Below are positions 61,374-64,000 of a DNA stretch of 64,000 nucleotides, one piece after another; positions within the stretch are counted from its first letter, which is position 1; each line of letters opens with the position of its first letter. This DNA is from a bacterium (lineage in GTDB: Bacteria > Electryoneota > Electryoneia > Electryoneales > Electryoneaceae). The translations under genes were made by a program, and so were the position numbers. The stretch lies in contig JAZDLX010000200.1 in assembly GCA_043801585.1 (NCBI GenBank), positions 4,684 through 68,683 on the forward strand. Reading direction: 5' to 3'. Under the pieces are notes generated by a model that was given only the letters and a program-made list of their open reading frames with translations, searched no databases and had not been told where the DNA came from.

Positions 61374-64000
61374 AACGGCGGCGAACACAGGGCACGCCCC
61401 CGATGCTTCACGTGCAGACACCCTACTCGTTTTATGAAGGAGTGGGACGCATTGAGCAGGTGGTGGAGGTTGCGCGGTCCCAGAACTCGCAGACGATCGC
61501 CTTCACGGACCGCAACCGTGTCAGCGGGCTTGTGCGGGGATACAAAACGGCGCGCGAGGCCGGGTTGCGACCGATCCTCGGCCTGCTGCTTGATGAACCC
61601 GGCAAACCGGATCGATACGCACTCCTCTGGGCGCGGAACCTGAACGGGTATGGGGATCTCTGCCGTCTCGCCACCAGCCGTCAGCTTGAACCGGAATTTC
61701 ATCTCGTCGATGCGATCTCGTCCGTGGGGCAGGGGACTATCGTGGCGGTCGCGGATTGTGATCTGCTCGAAACGCTGCGGGACCGGCTCGCTCCGGGAAC
61801 CTTTTTCGCAAATCTTCGCGCGTTTTCGACTCGCCAGCAGCGTATCCGCGCATTGAAGACCTACGATCACGCCCGCGCCCTGGGCATTCCGGTCGTTGCC
61901 ACCTCGCCGATCACCAGCGCAACGGTGGAACAGGCGTCACTCGCACGGCTGCTGCGTGCGATTGGGGAGCGCAGAGTCCTCCAACAGGGAAAGGACGATC
62001 CCGTCTATTCGCTGGACGATCCGGATATTGTGCAACGCTGTTTCCGAAATGTTCCGGACGCGCTGGACAACGCCCACCTGATCGCCCGGGAGTGCGATGT
62101 GGACCTGCGCCTCGGCGAATTGAAATTCCCCGCGCCACTGCTGCCGGAGGGAACCGATCCCTTTGCCGAACTGCGCCACCGTTCCGAAGAGGGACTCCGA
62201 AGGCGCTATGGACCCGTACCGCCCGAACCCGCCCGCGAACGCCTCGCCTACGAACTGGGAGTGATCGCACACCTTGGATTTGCCGGGTACATGCTCGTCG
62301 TTCACGACATCGCACGGGATGCCTGGGGAAAGGGGATCCGGACGCTCGGACGGGGGTCTTCTGCGAACAGCCTCGTCTGCTATTGTCTCGGCTTAACAGA
62401 CATCTGTCCCCTGAAATACGACCTTTACTTCGAGCGTTTTCTGAACCCGGAACGGAGCAGTCCCCCCGACATCGACCTGGATTTCTCCTGGCGCGACCGT
62501 GACAGTATCCTGCACAATGTGTACGACACCTACGGCCATGACAGCGTCGCCATGATCGCCACAACCGTCACCTTCCGGGCCCGTGCGGCATTTCATGAGG
62601 CAGCCCTCGCGCACGGTTTGCCGGAGGAGGAAATCTCGCGGATCACCAAACGCATTCCCTCGTTTTCACACGTTGAACGGCTGGAGGACCTGCCCGGCGA
62701 GGTGCCCGCCTGTCGTGAGCTTCCGCTCGACCGGGAACCATGGACGTCCATCGCACGGGAAGCGAACGGCCTTCTCGGTCTGCCAAGACACCTCTCCATC
62801 CACGCCGGCGGGATTGTGATCACCCCCGGTCCGCTCACCGAATGGACTGCCCTCGAGCGGGCATCCAAGGGGTATGTGATCACCCAATATGACATGTATC
62901 CTGTTGAAGATCTTGGACTTGTCAAGATCGACCTGCTGAGCCAGCGCTCCCTGGGCGTGCTCAAGGATACGGTGGAGATGGTCGAGCGGAACACCGGCGA
63001 AAAACCTCCCGTGAGCGACGTTGAGGATATTTTCCTCGATCCGGCGACACGGTCACTGCTCCGGGAAGGGCGCTCCATGGGCTGTTTCTATGTGGAATCG
63101 CCCGGGATGATCTCGCTGCTTCGAAAACTCGACTGCGACCATTTCGAACTGCTTGTCGCCGCCAGTTCGGTGATCCGGCCTGGCGTCAGCGAATCGGGGA
63201 TGATGCAGCAGTACATCGAGCGTGTCCGTGATCCTTCCAAAGCGGAATATCTGCACCCGAGGATGCGAACTCTACTTGCCGAAACACATGGTGTGATGAT
63301 CTACCAGGAAGACGTGATCAAGGTCGCCCACCACGTCGCCGGACTTTCCCTGGGGCGTGCCGACCTGCTGCGGCGGGCGATGAGCGGAAAACATCGAAGC
63401 CTCGATGGCATGATCAAACTGAAGGATGAATTCATCGAGGGGTGCGGGAAAAATGGCGTCGAACCTGAGATTGCGCGGGAGATCTGGCGACAGATCGCCT
63501 CCTTTGCCGGGTATTCGTTCTGCAAGGCGCACAGCGCTTCGTTTGCGGTCCTTTCGATGCAGATAGCTTACCTGAAAGCCCACCATCCGGCGGAATTCTG
63601 GGCGTCCGTGCTGGCAAACGGCGGCGGCTTCTACAGCCAGGCGGCGTACGTGGAGCAGGCAAAACGGGAGGGAGTGCGCGTTCTGCTGCCCGACATCAAC
63701 GAGAGCGGTCCGGAACCCTGCGGCAGGAGCGACGCCATCCGTATCGGTTTTGCCAGCATCGGCGCCCTGCGGGAGAACACCGTCGAGCAACTGCTGGACG
63801 AACGAAATAGGAATGGAACCTTCAGTAGTCTCGGTGATTTCGTGCGGCGTCTTCACCCTGCGATTGATGAGGTGGAGGCGCTGATTTCATGTGGAACATT
63901 CGATTCCTTTGACATCAACCGCCCGACCCTGCTGCGAAACCTGCGGGCTGGATTCAACGCCTACCTCGCCGGGCCCGGTCCTCTCGCCGTGGACACCGAG
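61370..64000 (+). CDS. dnaE2: Error-prone DNA polymerase III alpha (DnaE2), 3' end outside window
   Basis: Not in ORF track. From GTG 61370: LHVQTPYSF, FTDRN, GRGSSANS, FERFLNPER..PPDIDLDF, PRHLSIHAGG, KIDLL, YQED, YSFCKAH, GGFY. Confidence 0.9.
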   Translation, partial: MKRRRTQGTPPMLHVQTPYSFYEGVGRIEQVVEVARSQNSQTIAFTDRNRVSGLVRGYKTAREAGLRPILGLLLDEPGKPDRYALLWARNLNGYGDLCRLATSRQLEPEFHLVDAISSVGQGTIVAVADCDLLETLRDRLAPGTFFANLRAFSTRQQRIRALKTYDHARALGIPVVATSPITSATVEQASLARLLRAIGERRVLQQGKDDPVYSLDDPDIVQRCFRNVPDALDNAHLIARECDVDLRLGELKFPAPLLPEGTDPFAELRHRSEEGLRRRYGPVPPEPARERLAYELGVIAHLGFAGYMLVVHDIARDAWGKGIRTLGRGSSANSLVCYCLGLTDICPLKYDLYFERFLNPERSSPPDIDLDFSWRDRDSILHNVYDTYGHDSVAMIATTVTFRARAAFHEAALAHGLPEEEISRITKRIPSFSHVERLEDLPGEVPACRELPLDREPWTSIAREANGLLGLPRHLSIHAGGIVITPGPLTEWTALERASKGYVITQYDMYPVEDLGLVKIDLLSQRSLGVLKDTVEMVERNTGEKPPVSDVEDIFLDPATRSLLREGRSMGCFYVESPGMISLLRKLDCDHFELLVAASSVIRPGVSESGMMQQYIERVRDPSKAEYLHPRMRTLLAETHGVMIYQEDVIKVAHHVAGLSLGRADLLRRAMSGKHRSLDGMIKLKDEFIEGCGKNGVEPEIAREIWRQIASFAGYSFCKAHSASFAVLSMQIAYLKAHHPAEFWASVLANGGGFYSQAAYVEQAKREGVRVLLPDINESGPEPCGRSDAIRIGFASIGALRENTVEQLLDERNRNGTFSSLGDFVRRLHPAIDEVEALISCGTFDSFDINRPTLLRNLRAGFNAYLAGPGPLAVDTE

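Noticed and set aside
52676-64000. Genomic island integrated at tRNA-Leu
   Set aside because: No integrase, no duplicated tRNA 3' end noticed in the window and no clear compositional break; cannot be excluded beyond 64000.

Overview
A 64-kb stretch of mostly core chromosome from a moderately GC-rich bacterium. The pheST-zapB-zapA-6S-rny gene order and the protein families suggest an FCB-related, probably candidate-phylum lineage (inference). In order, the window holds: trkA (partial) and serS; a compact Wzx/Wzy polysaccharide locus with an AT-rich wzy; an NhaC-type antiporter; a membrane-anchored GH2-like protein; guaB and rpsT; a cobB-TPR/TonB-pyrK-pyrD-rlpA-cdsA operon; a MEMO1/DUF255/DUF4390/NtrY-like cluster; argF; pheST-zapB-zapA-6S RNA-rny; a HAL-family lyase and an amidohydrolase; pckA; an accC/biotin-carrier pair; a partly decayed chemotaxis-like cluster; tRNA-Leu(CAG); a TetR-TolC-MFP-RND operon; and an imuB-dnaE2 mutagenesis cassette. 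I found no CRISPR array, integrase or transposase. The most notable signals are an unannotated ~93-nt three-hairpin RNA with a sigma54-type promoter and intrinsic terminator (49829-49921, minus strand), an RND pump lacking the canonical proton-relay aspartates, several proteins that have lost catalytic residues (GH2, DUF255, TlpA-like), a TPR lipoprotein fused to a TonB C-terminal domain, a recurring TTGnnn-17-TAnnTT promoter pattern with leaderless genes, and a SOS-box-like site inside the imuB promoter. All family assignments come from motif recognition by eye; no database searches were run.
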